IMG/VR virus record: IMGVR_UViG_3300032326_000835
Span: 1 to 52,366 of that record
Length of the DNA stretch: 52,366 nucleotides
Source of the DNA: a virus
Taxonomy: Duplodnaviria; Caudoviricetes
Strand: one strand, 5' to 3'
Shown here: piece after piece, positions 1 through 10,080 of the stretch
Position numbering within the stretch: the stretch's first letter is position 1
Layout of the letters: the number at the start of each line of letters is the position of its first letter
Notes under the pieces: generated by a model
Databases searched by the model: none
What the model was told of the DNA's origin: nothing
Seen by the model: only the letters and a program-made list of their open reading frames with translations
Translations under genes and position numbers: made by a program

Positions 1-3000
1 GGCATTAAGCCAATTCTAGGTCTAGAAGGATACATGTGTGCAGACATATCTGATACACGAGATAAGTCTGAAAGAGAAGGTCAGCAAGATCTTGTCTACA
101 ATCACATTATCCTTCTAGCCAAGAATCAAATTGGTTTAGAAAACCTTAACAAGATTAGCGAATTGTCTTGGACAGATGGCTTTTTTAAGAAACCACGCTT
201 TGACTTTACTATTTTAGAAAAGTACAAAGAGGGAATTATTGTTACATCTGCTTGTCCAAGCAGCGTACTTGTAAAGGCATTAGAAGAAGAAGAGTTTGCT
301 CTTGCTAAGAAATATATATCTTGGTTCAAAGAACGCTTTGAAGATGACTACTATATCGAAGTCATGCCTCACAATGAGGCGCACATTAACAAATATTTGA
401 TTGAACTCGCAGATGAGTTTGGAATTAAGGTTGTTGTAACACCAGACTGCCACCATGTTGATTCGTCACAAAAAGAAGTTCAAGAGTTTAAGTTACTTAT
501 GAACACACACGGCAAGTTCGTAAAAGATGCAACATATGAAAAGTCAAAGAAAAAAGGCAGCATGATGGAACGCCTTGATTATCTTTATGGCGAAGACCGT
601 CAGATTACATTTAATAAGTTTGATATCCACCTGCTCTCATACGAAGAGATTAAAGCAGCCATGGAATCGCAGGGTATTGATAGACCTGACATATACTCAA
701 ACACACTCCTATTAGCAGAGACAGTAGGAGACTATGGCATTCAAGAAGGATTAAACCTATTGCCAGTACAGTATAAGAGTCCTGATAAGGAACTTGCCAA
801 GGTTGCACTCGAAGGTTTGGCAGAGCGAGGTTTGTCAGAAAATCAAGAATATCTCGACAGACTTGAAGAAGAGTTACAGATTATTAAAGATAAAAAGTTT
901 GCTCCATACTTTCTTGTTGTAAGTAACATGATTAACTGGGCCAAGAAGGAAGAGATCATGGTTGGACCAGGTCGTGGTTCTTCTGCTGGATCCCTTGTTT
1001 GTTATGCACTAAAGATTACAGACATTGATCCTATTGAGCATAATCTTTTGTTCTTCCGATTTATTAATCCAGAGCGTAATGACTTCCCAGATATTGACAC
1101 TGATATTCAAGATACTCGTCGTGAAGAGGTTAAAGATTATTTAGTTAGACAATATCGACATGTTGCATCTATTGCTACATTTCTTCAGTTTACTGGAAAA
1201 GGAATTGTTAGAGATGTTGCACGAGTATTAAATATTCCTTTGTCAGATGTTAATAAGGTTTTAAAAACCGTAGATACTTGGGATGACTTCTGCACATCTA
1301 AATCTACAAGAGAGTTTCGTGAAAAGTATCCAGAGGTAGAGATTTATGGAGAACAACTTCGTGGTCGCATTCGTGGTACAGGAATTCATGCTGCTGGAGT
1401 TGTAACTGCAAAAGAACCAATCTTTAGATATGCTCCACTTGAGACAAGATCATCTACTGGCTCTGATGAAAGAATTCCAGTTGTTGGTGTTGATATGGAA
1501 GAGGCTGAAAGAATTGGTTTGATTAAGATTGATGCGTTGGGACTTAAAACATTGTCTGTTCTTAAAAACACAATTGATATTATCAAAGAGCGAGATGGAA
1601 AAAAGATTGACCTTCTTAAAATTAAGATGGACGATGCCAATGTTTATCAGATGCTTTCAGATGGATACACAAAGGGTGTATTCCAGTGTGAAGCAGCACC
1701 GTATACAAACCTGTTAGTAAAGATGGGTGTAAAGAATCTAAATGAACTTGCAGCATCAAATGCTTTGGTTCGCCCAGGCGCAATGAATACAATTGGAAAG
1801 GACTATGTTGATCGTAAGCATGGTCGTCAAAACATATCTTATACACACCAAGTACTAAAGGAATTTACGGAGGACACTTATGGCTGTATTCTTTACCAGG
1901 AACAAGTTATGCAAGCATGCGTACACCTTGGCGGTATGTCCATGTCGGAAGCAGATAAAGTTAGAAAGATCATTGGCAAGAAAAAAGATGCTAAAGAATT
2001 TGATCAGTTTAAAGAGAAGTTTGTAGAGGGTGCATCCAAGTTTGTTTCTCCAAACATTGCTCGTGACCTATGGCACGACTTTGAGGCTCACGCAGGGTAC
2101 TCATTTAACAAGTCACACGCAGTAGCATACTCAACGCTATCATATTGGACAGCATGGCTAAAATATTATTACCCACTTGAGTTTATGTACTCAGTATTAA
2201 AAAATGAAAAGGATAAAGATGCAAGAACTGAATACCTTATTGAAGCAAAAAGAATGGGCATTAGTGTTAAGTTACCTCACATTAACGATTCGGATATCGA
2301 TTTTAAAATTGAGGGTAAAGGCATTCGGTTTGGACTCAGTGCTATCAAGTTCATATCTGATAAAATTGGTGAACGATACATATCGGCACGACCATTTAGT
2401 TCATACAAAGAACTTGAAGAATTTACATTCACCAAAGGCAACGGAGTAAATAGTCGTGCACTACAGGCACTAAAAGCAATAGGCGCTGCAACATTTACCG
2501 ATAATCCTAGAAATGATCAAGAAATTAAAGAAAATTTATATGAATACTTAAACCTTCCAGAGTTTAATATTACGATTCCTTCTCACTACTATGCATTTAT
2601 TCAGGACATAGTTGACTTTGAAGAAAAGGGATCATACATTTTTATGGGTATGGTAAAATCAATTAAGCGAGGAACAGGATGGTCACGAGTTGAAATTTTG
2701 GACAAAACTGGCAGTGTCGGTATATTTGATGATGAAAATACGACTATTGAGACTGGTCGTTCTTACTTGGTTCTCTGTAATGATAACAGGATTGTATCTT
2801 TCATACCATCTGATGAAATAAAAGAATCATCTCATGCCCTTGTAAAGTTCTTGAGTTACAAGCAACTTCCATACAAGGATGATGAAATGTTTGTAGTTTC
2901 ATTTAAGCCAAGAATTACAAAGACTGGAAAGAAGATGGCATCTCTTACTCTTGCAGATACAAGCAGAGACCTTCATTCTATTACTGTATTTCCTACATCG

Positions 3001-3105
3001 TTTGCAAAGGCATATATGAGTATTGAAGAAGGAAAATCTTATAAATTTGATTTTGGAAAAACAAAAGACGGAACAGTAACATTGGAGGATGTACATGTCA
3101 GTTAG
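1..3105 (+). CDS. dnaE: DNA polymerase III alpha subunit (5' truncated by window)
   Basis: Frame open from base 1 (GIKPILGLEGY); motifs PGRGSSAGS, PDIDTD, GIHAAGVV, YSFNKSHAVAY. Confidence 0.97.
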   Translation, partial: GIKPILGLEGYMCADISDTRDKSEREGQQDLVYNHIILLAKNQIGLENLNKISELSWTDGFFKKPRFDFTILEKYKEGIIVTSACPSSVLVKALEEEEFALAKKYISWFKERFEDDYYIEVMPHNEAHINKYLIELADEFGIKVVVTPDCHHVDSSQKEVQEFKLLMNTHGKFVKDATYEKSKKKGSMMERLDYLYGEDRQITFNKFDIHLLSYEEIKAAMESQGIDRPDIYSNTLLLAETVGDYGIQEGLNLLPVQYKSPDKELAKVALEGLAERGLSENQEYLDRLEEELQIIKDKKFAPYFLVVSNMINWAKKEEIMVGPGRGSSAGSLVCYALKITDIDPIEHNLLFFRFINPERNDFPDIDTDIQDTRREEVKDYLVRQYRHVASIATFLQFTGKGIVRDVARVLNIPLSDVNKVLKTVDTWDDFCTSKSTREFREKYPEVEIYGEQLRGRIRGTGIHAAGVVTAKEPIFRYAPLETRSSTGSDERIPVVGVDMEEAERIGLIKIDALGLKTLSVLKNTIDIIKERDGKKIDLLKIKMDDANVYQMLSDGYTKGVFQCEAAPYTNLLVKMGVKNLNELAASNALVRPGAMNTIGKDYVDRKHGRQNISYTHQVLKEFTEDTYGCILYQEQVMQACVHLGGMSMSEADKVRKIIGKKKDAKEFDQFKEKFVEGASKFVSPNIARDLWHDFEAHAGYSFNKSHAVAYSTLSYWTAWLKYYYPLEFMYSVLKNEKDKDARTEYLIEAKRMGISVKLPHINDSDIDFKIEGKGIRFGLSAIKFISDKIGERYISARPFSSYKELEEFTFTKGNGVNSRALQALKAIGAATFTDNPRNDQEIKENLYEYLNLPEFNITIPSHYYAFIQDIVDFEEKGSYIFMGMVKSIKRGTGWSRVEILDKTGSVGIFDDENTTIETGRSYLVLCNDNRIVSFIPSDEIKESSHALVKFLSYKQLPYKDDEMFVVSFKPRITKTGKKMASLTLADTSRDLHSITVFPTSFAKAYMSIEEGKSYKFDFGKTKDGTVTLEDVHVS

Positions 3106-4105
3106 TATAGAAGAAGCGTTAGCACAACTTGATCCTAAGTTGAGAAAGAGACTTGGAAGCGGAGTTGGTGTCAATTATGAATACCAGCCAACTCCTAGTT
3201 ATGGTTTAAACCGTGCACTGGGCGGAGGGTTGCCATACGGTAGACAAGTACTTATCTGGGGATCAAAGTCTTCTGCAAAGTCTTCTATGTGCCTTCAGAT
3301 GATTGCCCTAGCACAAGCAGAGGGAAAGTTATGTGCCTGGATTGACTCAGAGATGTCATACTCAGAAGATTGGGCCAGAACTCTTGGGGTAGATCCAGAA
3401 AAACTAATCTATTCACAAGCAAGAACTATTAGTGATATGGTAGATGTTGGCGTTGGATTAATGAATGCTGGTGTTGATCTAATTGTGGTAGACTCTATTA
3501 CATCAATGCTTCCAGCAATTTATTTTGAAAAAGATACAGATGAAATGAAGGCATTAGAAAACACTAAACAGATTGGAGCAGAATCCCGTGACTTTAGTAA
3601 CGCATGGAAAATGCTTAACTATGCAAACAATAAAGTTAAGCCAACTTTGCTTGTTCTTATTTCTCAGTCTCGCAACAATATCAATGCTATGTATACTAGC
3701 CAGCAGCCTTCTGGTGGTCAGGCTACTAAGTTTTATTCCTCATGTATTATTAAACTCTTTTCTTCAGAGTCAGACAATCAAGCAATTAAGGGCAAGATCA
3801 AGGTAGGAGATAAACTAATTGAAGAAAAGGTTGGCAGAACTATTAAGTGGGAACTACAGTTCTCCAAAACCTCTCCAGGGTTCCAGTCTGGTGAGTATGA
3901 TTTTTACTTTAGAGGTGACGATATTGGTCTTGATACCATTGGTGATCTGGTTACTACCGCAGAGTTAAACGGTATTGTAGAGCGCACAGGTGCTTGGTAT
4001 ATACTCCCTGACGGAACAAAGGTGCAGGGTAAAGAAGCATTTGTTAATCGTGTAAGAGAGGATCTTGAGTTGCAGGAATCAATCAAGGCTAAACTAAATG
4101 CCTAG
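3095..4105 (+). CDS. recA: RecA/UvsX-like recombinase
   Basis: GGGLPYGR, Walker A-like GSKSSAKS, WIDSE, LIVVDS, GGQATKFY; GGAGG RBS before ATG 3095. Confidence 0.93.
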   Translation: MSVSIEEALAQLDPKLRKRLGSGVGVNYEYQPTPSYGLNRALGGGLPYGRQVLIWGSKSSAKSSMCLQMIALAQAEGKLCAWIDSEMSYSEDWARTLGVDPEKLIYSQARTISDMVDVGVGLMNAGVDLIVVDSITSMLPAIYFEKDTDEMKALENTKQIGAESRDFSNAWKMLNYANNKVKPTLLVLISQSRNNINAMYTSQQPSGGQATKFYSSCIIKLFSSESDNQAIKGKIKVGDKLIEEKVGRTIKWELQFSKTSPGFQSGEYDFYFRGDDIGLDTIGDLVTTAELNGIVERTGAWYILPDGTKVQGKEAFVNRVREDLELQESIKAKLNA

Positions 4106-4274
4106 TTTTACAGTCTATAAAGGAGTTTTCCCATGCCATACTTGCAAGGTAGATGTTCTTAGCCTTCGGTGTTATGCAGCAACCCAAGAAGTTACTTGGA
4201 TGTGCAAGGATAAGCATTTGAGTAAGGTTAGTTTTGGAAAAAAGAAAAGGAGTGATTTTGACGGAGAAAAGTGA
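4098..4274 (+). CDS. small Zn-binding protein (58 aa, not in ORF track)
   Basis: MPSFTVYKGVFPCHTC...WMCKDKH; overlaps recA stop and next start. Confidence 0.6.
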   Translation: MPSFTVYKGVFPCHTCKVDVLSLRCYAATQEVTWMCKDKHLSKVSFGKKKRSDFDGEK

Positions 4275-4545
4275 GTCTAAAAGAATAGGTGCCAAACAGC
4301 ACAAGAATTCTGGTAGAAATACGCAAAAGGGAGACGCTTCTTGGAAGAACTTTGTTGTAGATTTTAAAGAGGTTGGAAAATCTTTTACTCTTAATAAAGA
4401 GGTTTGGGCTAAGGCCACTACAGATGCCATGAAAAATGGAAAAGATCCAGCCATAGTTGTAGTTATTGGAGAGGGAAACTCTAAGGTTAGACTTGCTATA
4501 ATTGAGATGAGCATTTTAGAACAACTTTCAGAGAATGGTGTATAA
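4258..4545 (+). CDS. PD-(D/E)xK Holliday junction resolvase-like nuclease
   Basis: NSGR..KGD..VVDFK pattern; TTG start after AGGAG. Confidence 0.65.
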   Translation: MTEKSESKRIGAKQHKNSGRNTQKGDASWKNFVVDFKEVGKSFTLNKEVWAKATTDAMKNGKDPAIVVVIGEGNSKVRLAIIEMSILEQLSENGV

Positions 4546-4552
4546 TAGAACT

Positions 4553-5242
4553 ATGAATACAGGATATGAACCAAAAAATAAAATAGTTCCACACATAGTC
4601 AAAAACTTCTTTACTGAAGAAGAAGTAGAGGTTTTACTTGCAATTGTTAAGTATCAAAAAAATGCTAAAGATCTTGATGCTTTTTACTCCCCCATTGTCT
4701 TGGCTGAATTATCAAGAATGCAGATAGAGGTTATGTATCCGATAACCATACGTAAAAAACTTGAAATGTTTGCATCAAATTTGGTTGGAGAAGAAGTTTT
4801 TATGTCTCATAATAGTTATTTAAGTTACAATAAAGAGCATAACTCTACATCAAATCCAAAACTACCCGTACACTACGATTCAGATAATTATTTTTCTAAA
4901 CTAACAATTGATTACCAATTAAATGCCAATATAGATTGGCCGATAGTAATTGAAAATGAAAGTTTTAATCTTCAGTACGGAGATCTTCTTGTATTTTGGG
5001 GTGCTGGTCAGGTACACTGGAGAGAGCCAGTATTATTTAAAGAGGGAGACAACACTGAAGTTTTGACAATGCATTTTTCAACAATAGAAGATTATAACAA
5101 GTTAAACAATGTTTCTCGTGATCCAGAAGCAAGAAAAGATAGGCTTAGATTATGGCAATCAGATCCAGTATTCTTAAAGTATAATGAAGATTTTTTTGAA
5201 AAAGAAGGAAATCTAACTAAAACAAACAACAACAACTCTTAA
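4553..5242 (+). CDS. 2OG-Fe(II) oxygenase, leaderless
   Basis: LPVHYD...HWRE facial triad; TATAAT 4541-4546 is 6 nt before ATG. Confidence 0.7.
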   Translation: MNTGYEPKNKIVPHIVKNFFTEEEVEVLLAIVKYQKNAKDLDAFYSPIVLAELSRMQIEVMYPITIRKKLEMFASNLVGEEVFMSHNSYLSYNKEHNSTSNPKLPVHYDSDNYFSKLTIDYQLNANIDWPIVIENESFNLQYGDLLVFWGAGQVHWREPVLFKEGDNTEVLTMHFSTIEDYNKLNNVSRDPEARKDRLRLWQSDPVFLKYNEDFFEKEGNLTKTNNNNS

Positions 5243-5254
5243 AAAGGAAAATAA

Positions 5255-5560
5255 ATGCAAAACGAAAGCACAACAATTGATATGGTAAATGGTTTGTCAG
5301 AAATTGCAGACTATATGCAAGATGAAGAACTTACTACAGCACTAACTTTCATTGCTAAAATTATTATTAAGCCAGACATTCCTTTAAATGTGGCTACAGT
5401 AGAAATTGTTCGACTACAGGCTATTGCAGCAAAGATGGCTTTTAAGGCTACATGGATGGCTAATGTTGACAAATCAGATCGTGGTAAAAAGAATCTTTAC
5501 TATACTGCAGCAGAGTCTATTAATAACCTTGTTTCTGCACTAAAATACATAACTCGATAG
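5255..5560 (+). CDS. hypothetical protein
   Basis: 101 aa ORF with AAGGA RBS. Confidence 0.7.
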   Translation: MQNESTTIDMVNGLSEIADYMQDEELTTALTFIAKIIIKPDIPLNVATVEIVRLQAIAAKMAFKATWMANVDKSDRGKKNLYYTAAESINNLVSALKYITR

Positions 5561-5597
5561 TCTGCTATACTTATAACTAATAGAAACGAGAAAATTA

Positions 5598-6413
5598 ATG
5601 ACGAAGAATTTACTACATACAGTTATGATTAAGCCAGAAGAAAAGCCAATTCATTCAATGGATATAGCAGGTCTTGAGGCTAAAATTAAAGAGGGATATA
5701 CGATTACTCGTGTAGACAAGCACACAACAAAGAAAACTTTTGCTCCATCAACTATTGCCTATGGCCATGGAGAGTGCGCTAGATATTGGTACTTGGCTTT
5801 TGATGGTCAGATGTTTGAAGACAATGCAGATGCTTACTCAGCAGCAAATATGACTGCTGGAACCCTATCGCATGCAAGAATTCAAAACGCAATGATGAAC
5901 GCTGGGATAGTTAAGGTTTATCGTGATGACGATAACGAGCCTACAACAGAGTTTAAGATTAGACATGATGATCCACCTATCTTTGGATATGGAGATGTTA
6001 TGTTTGATTGGCAAGGAGAAGAACTCATTGGTGAAATTAAAACAATGATGAACGAAGGGTTTGAATATAGAAAAGCATCAGGCAAGGCTAAAAATGGTCA
6101 CCTAATGCAGTTACTTATCTATATGAAGATCTTAAAGAGACCAAAAGGTGTTATGATTTATGAAAATAAAAATAATCATGAACTTCTTTTGATCCCTGTA
6201 GATGTAAACGATCATTACCGTCGGTGGGTAGACCAGGCATTTGATTGGATGAGACTAGTTAGAAAGACATGGGAAGATAGAACCCTGCCAAACAAAAACT
6301 ATAGATCAAATTCCAAGATATGCAAGTCATGCCCAATTAAAAAAGCATGTGAGTCTGCAGGTCCAGGCGTATTAAAAATAGCGCCCTTGGAGATTCTCGG
6401 TGAACAATTGTAG
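5598..6413 (+). CDS. Cas4-like PD-(D/E)xK exonuclease
   Basis: N-terminal C, GD..GEIKT, QxxxY, C-terminal CKSCPIKKAC Fe-S cysteines. Confidence 0.85.
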   Translation: MTKNLLHTVMIKPEEKPIHSMDIAGLEAKIKEGYTITRVDKHTTKKTFAPSTIAYGHGECARYWYLAFDGQMFEDNADAYSAANMTAGTLSHARIQNAMMNAGIVKVYRDDDNEPTTEFKIRHDDPPIFGYGDVMFDWQGEELIGEIKTMMNEGFEYRKASGKAKNGHLMQLLIYMKILKRPKGVMIYENKNNHELLLIPVDVNDHYRRWVDQAFDWMRLVRKTWEDRTLPNKNYRSNSKICKSCPIKKACESAGPGVLKIAPLEILGEQL

Positions 6414-6684
6414 ATGCTGCGATAATCAGTTTGAGCAAACAGTATCTTATCAAATATATTGTTCTCCAAATTGTAGAGATATTGCAACAAAAGAAAAGAT
6501 TGCAGCAAGATACTTGCAATCAAAAAGACAAAAAAGAAAAGGAAAGGTAAGACTTTGTAAGTCTTGCTCTAATCCTCTTTCTATTTATAATGATGATCCA
6601 GTATGTTCATCTTGTAATATAAATCCTGACGCTGTTAATAAAGCAATTAAAGAAATAAAAGGTAGGACTAATGGTAAAAAATAA
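6400..6684 (+). CDS. Cys-rich Zn-finger protein
   Basis: Four CxxC/CxxxC pairs; YCSPNCR. Confidence 0.7.
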   Translation: MNNCRCCDNQFEQTVSYQIYCSPNCRDIATKEKIAARYLQSKRQKRKGKVRLCKSCSNPLSIYNDDPVCSSCNINPDAVNKAIKEIKGRTNGKK

Positions 6685-7261
6685 ATGGGGGCTGGAGTTG
6701 AAGCCAGAACGTATTTGTGCTATTGATGCCAGTACCAATAGTCTTGCTTTTGCATTATTTGATGGAGATAGTCTTGAGAAGGTTGGCAAGATTTATTTTG
6801 AAGGAAATAATGTTTATGAAAAAGTTATGGATGCTGGACAAAAGGTAAAATCATTCTTTGACTATTGCGGTGGCTTTGAGGCAATAGTAATTGAGCACAC
6901 AGTGTTTATGAATAGTCCAAAGACTGCTGCAGATCTCGCACTGGTTCAGGGAGCAATTCTGGGTGCTGCAGGCCAGTCTGGAACAAAAGTAATAGGAAAA
7001 GTATCTCCTATCACTTGGCAAAATTTTATAGGAAATAAGAAAATATCAAAAGATGAGCAACTGTCTATTCGTTCTCAAATTCCTGGAAAGTCTGAGTCTT
7101 ACTACAAGGCTCATGAGCGCATGCTTCGTAAAGAAAGGACAATAAGATTTATTAATACAATCTATGATAAATCTATTACTGACAACGATGTAGCAGATGC
7201 GTGTGGCATTGGTCACTGGGCTATAAAAAACTGGGGAAAAGCAATAGGAGTTGACAAATAA
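6671..7261 (+). CDS. RuvC-like resolvase
   Basis: AIDAS, IVIE, DNDVADA catalytic acids. Confidence 0.85.
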   Translation: MVKNKWGLELKPERICAIDASTNSLAFALFDGDSLEKVGKIYFEGNNVYEKVMDAGQKVKSFFDYCGGFEAIVIEHTVFMNSPKTAADLALVQGAILGAAGQSGTKVIGKVSPITWQNFIGNKKISKDEQLSIRSQIPGKSESYYKAHERMLRKERTIRFINTIYDKSITDNDVADACGIGHWAIKNWGKAIGVDK

Positions 7262-7265
7262 CATT

Positions 7266-7421
7266 ATGGCTGCTAAACTATATACAAGTGAGACTTTTAT
7301 GCGTAAGAGATATCTTATGGATAAAAAAACACCAGAAGATATTGCAAAGGAATGTGGATGTTCTTTAGAAACGGTCTATGTATACCTTGCTAAATTTGGA
7401 TTAAGGAAATCAAAACGATGA
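7266..7421 (+). CDS. small HTH DNA-binding protein (not in ORF track)
   Basis: KTPEDIAKECGCSLETVYVYL helix-turn-helix. Confidence 0.7.
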   Translation: MAAKLYTSETFMRKRYLMDKKTPEDIAKECGCSLETVYVYLAKFGLRKSKR

Positions 7422-7540
7422 ATAAATTTGAAAAAACATTGGTAGCCGTTGCTGTTATTGGCATGGTAGGTTTTGGTTTTGCAATTACCACATTAAGAGG
7501 AATTCCAGAAACATTTAATTGGGAGGAAGATGATGAGTGA
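7418..7540 (+). CDS. small membrane protein (40 aa)
   Basis: ATGA overlap with previous gene; one hydrophobic helix. Confidence 0.55.
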   Translation: MNKFEKTLVAVAVIGMVGFGFAITTLRGIPETFNWEEDDE

Positions 7541-7775
7541 AAGTCTAAATATAACAGTTGATCAAGTAAATAATCCTTTGCATTATACTTCAGATCCATC
7601 TGGTATCGAGTGTATAGAAATTACTAGACATCGTAATTTTAATATTGGAAATGCCTTTAAATATCTGTGGAGAGCAGGGCTTAAAGATGAAGAAAAAACT
7701 ATTCAAGATCTTGAAAAAGCAATCTTTTATATTAAAGATGAAATTAATAGGTTAGAGGGAAAGTATGTCAACTGA
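7533..7775 (+). CDS. DUF3310 family protein
   Basis: VNNPLHY..IECI..GNAFKYLWRAGLK..DLEKA. Confidence 0.85.
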   Translation: MSESLNITVDQVNNPLHYTSDPSGIECIEITRHRNFNIGNAFKYLWRAGLKDEEKTIQDLEKAIFYIKDEINRLEGKYVN

Positions 7776-8301
7776 AGATGATTTGGTAAAGCACTTAGAC
7801 CAAGTAAATCTGGTAGTGGAGGAATACTTAAAAGGTAATGACCCAACAGTAATTTCAAAACAACTATCTATCCCAAGGCAAAAGGTTGTGACACTTATTA
7901 ATGAGTGGAAGGTCATGGCATCTGCTAATGATGCTATCCGTGCTCGTGCCAAAGAAGCACTCGCTGCTGCAGATACACATTACAGTAAACTTGTTTCTCG
8001 TACTTACGAAGTAATAGATGAAGCCTCTATGACTAATAATCTTAGTGCAAAAACAGCAGCAATCAAACTTGTTATGGATATTGAGTCTAAGCGTATTGAT
8101 ATGCTTCAAAAGGCTGGACTGCTTGAGAATAAAGAACTTGCTGAAGAAATGGTTGAAATTGAACGTAGACAAGAAGTTCTTGTAGGCATATTAAAAGATA
8201 TTGCATCTGAATACCCACAGATTCGTGATGAAATTATGAAAAGACTTTCTTCATTTGCAAAAGACAATGAGGTGATTACTGTTGTCCACGATGTTCAATG
8301 A
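7765..8301 (+). CDS. probable terminase small subunit (HTH + helical)
   Basis: N-terminal HTH; overlaps the terL start. Confidence 0.55.
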   Translation: MSTEDDLVKHLDQVNLVVEEYLKGNDPTVISKQLSIPRQKVVTLINEWKVMASANDAIRARAKEALAAADTHYSKLVSRTYEVIDEASMTNNLSAKTAAIKLVMDIESKRIDMLQKAGLLENKELAEEMVEIERRQEVLVGILKDIASEYPQIRDEIMKRLSSFAKDNEVITVVHDVQ

Positions 8302-10066
8302 ATTCCTTGAGGCACTTCAAGATGATCACTTTGAAGAAACTCCAGTAGATGCAAGAACATTTGTTGAAGGAGAATCATACCTTGGTCAGCCACCATTGTC
8401 TGATATTCAATATGACATTGTAGAAGCCATGAGTCAAATATATCGTAAAGAAGACCTGATTAATATTATGGGTGAAGAACAAGGTACTCAGTATTATAAC
8501 AAATATACAAAAAATGAAATTATTTTGCAACTTGGCAAGGGATCTGGAAAAGACTTCACATCAACAGTAGCATGCTCATACATCGTATACAAACTTCTAT
8601 GTCTAAAAGACCCAGCAAAATATTTTGGTAAGCCTTCTGGGGATGCTATTGACCTTATCAACGTAGCGATTAACGCTCAGCAAGCAAAGAATGTTTTTTT
8701 TAAAGGCTTCAAGTCAAAGATCGAAAGATCTCCTTGGTTTGCAGGAAAATATAATTCTAAGGCAGACTCAGTTGAATTTGATAAATCAATTACTGTTTAT
8801 TCTGGTCACTCAGAAAGAGAATCTCATGAGGGACTAAACCTTCTTCTTGCAGTTCTTGATGAGATTTCTGGTTTTGCATCTGAAGTTGGAACAGGCAATG
8901 AGCAAGGAAAGACTGCTGATAATATTTATAAAGCGTTTCGTGGATCAGTAGATTCTCGCTTTCCTGATCTTGGTAAGGTTGTTCTTCTTTCTTTTCCAAG
9001 ATACCCAGGAGACTTTATTTCAGAAAAATATGATGATGTTATTGCTGAAAAAGAAGTTATAGAAAGAACCCACAAGTTTACAATTAATCCGTTGCTTCCA
9101 GAAGATAGTCCAGACAACACATTTGAAATCTCATGGGACGAAGATCAAATCACATCATATAAATATCCTGGAGTATTTGCATTAAAAAGACCTACATGGG
9201 AAGTAAACCCAACTCGTAAGATTGATGACTTTATGATTGCATTTATGACAGACCTTGGAGATGCAATGATGCGCTTCGCATGTGTGCCAACATTTGCTTC
9301 TGATGCATTTTTTAAGCAGGCAGACAAGGTAAGAGCCTGTATGACATTGAGAAATCCAGTAGACAATTTCAGAAGGTTTGATGAAGCATTTAAACCAGAT
9401 CCAACAAAAAAATACTATGTACATGCTGACCTTGCACAAAAGCATGATAAGTGTGCAGTAGCAATTGCACATGTGGAAAAATGGGTAAATATCCAGGTAA
9501 TTAATAATTACGAACAGGTAGCACCAATAGTCGTAGTAGATGCAGTAGCATGGTGGGAACCAAAGGTTGAGGGACCAGTTAATCTTTCAGAGGTTAAGCA
9601 ATGGATTCAAAATCTTAGAAGACTTGGGTTTGATATTGGAATGGTTTCTTTTGACCGTTGGCAATCATTTGATATTCAGAATGAATTAAAGCAGGTTGGA
9701 ATGAGAACTGATACTGTCTCTGTTGCTAAGAAGCATTATGAGGACATGGCTATGCTTGTGTATGAGGAAAGACTTGCAATGCCAGCAATCGAACTTTTGT
9801 TTGATGAACTAACACAGTTAAAGATTATGAAAAATGATAGAGTTGACCACCCACGTAAAAAGTCAAAGGACTTGGCTGATGCTGTATGTGGAGCAATATT
9901 TGGGGCAATATCGCATACCCCAAAAAATATAGACACTGAAGTAGAGGTTCATACTTTTAGGGATAGACCTAAGCCAGTTGACGAACTACCAGAGAATGTG
10001 ATACACTATAACTCTAGTCAAATAGAAGAGATAAAAGACTATTTGGATAGACTAAAAATACTATAA
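8291..10066 (+). CDS. terL: terminase large subunit
   Basis: Walker A GKGSGKD, Walker B LAVLDE, nuclease HADLA and KDLADA. Confidence 0.9.
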   Translation: MFNEFLEALQDDHFEETPVDARTFVEGESYLGQPPLSDIQYDIVEAMSQIYRKEDLINIMGEEQGTQYYNKYTKNEIILQLGKGSGKDFTSTVACSYIVYKLLCLKDPAKYFGKPSGDAIDLINVAINAQQAKNVFFKGFKSKIERSPWFAGKYNSKADSVEFDKSITVYSGHSERESHEGLNLLLAVLDEISGFASEVGTGNEQGKTADNIYKAFRGSVDSRFPDLGKVVLLSFPRYPGDFISEKYDDVIAEKEVIERTHKFTINPLLPEDSPDNTFEISWDEDQITSYKYPGVFALKRPTWEVNPTRKIDDFMIAFMTDLGDAMMRFACVPTFASDAFFKQADKVRACMTLRNPVDNFRRFDEAFKPDPTKKYYVHADLAQKHDKCAVAIAHVEKWVNIQVINNYEQVAPIVVVDAVAWWEPKVEGPVNLSEVKQWIQNLRRLGFDIGMVSFDRWQSFDIQNELKQVGMRTDTVSVAKKHYEDMAMLVYEERLAMPAIELLFDELTQLKIMKNDRVDHPRKKSKDLADAVCGAIFGAISHTPKNIDTEVEVHTFRDRPKPVDELPENVIHYNSSQIEEIKDYLDRLKIL

Positions 10067-10080
10067 AAATAAGGAGAAAG

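Noticed and set aside
5598-6413. Cas4-like gene as part of a CRISPR-Cas system
   Set aside because: No other cas genes and no repeat-spacer array; solo Cas4-like exonucleases are common in phage replication modules
1-10066. Inteins or introns in dnaE, recA or terL
   Set aside because: Lengths are normal, motifs are contiguous and no splice-junction motifs were seen
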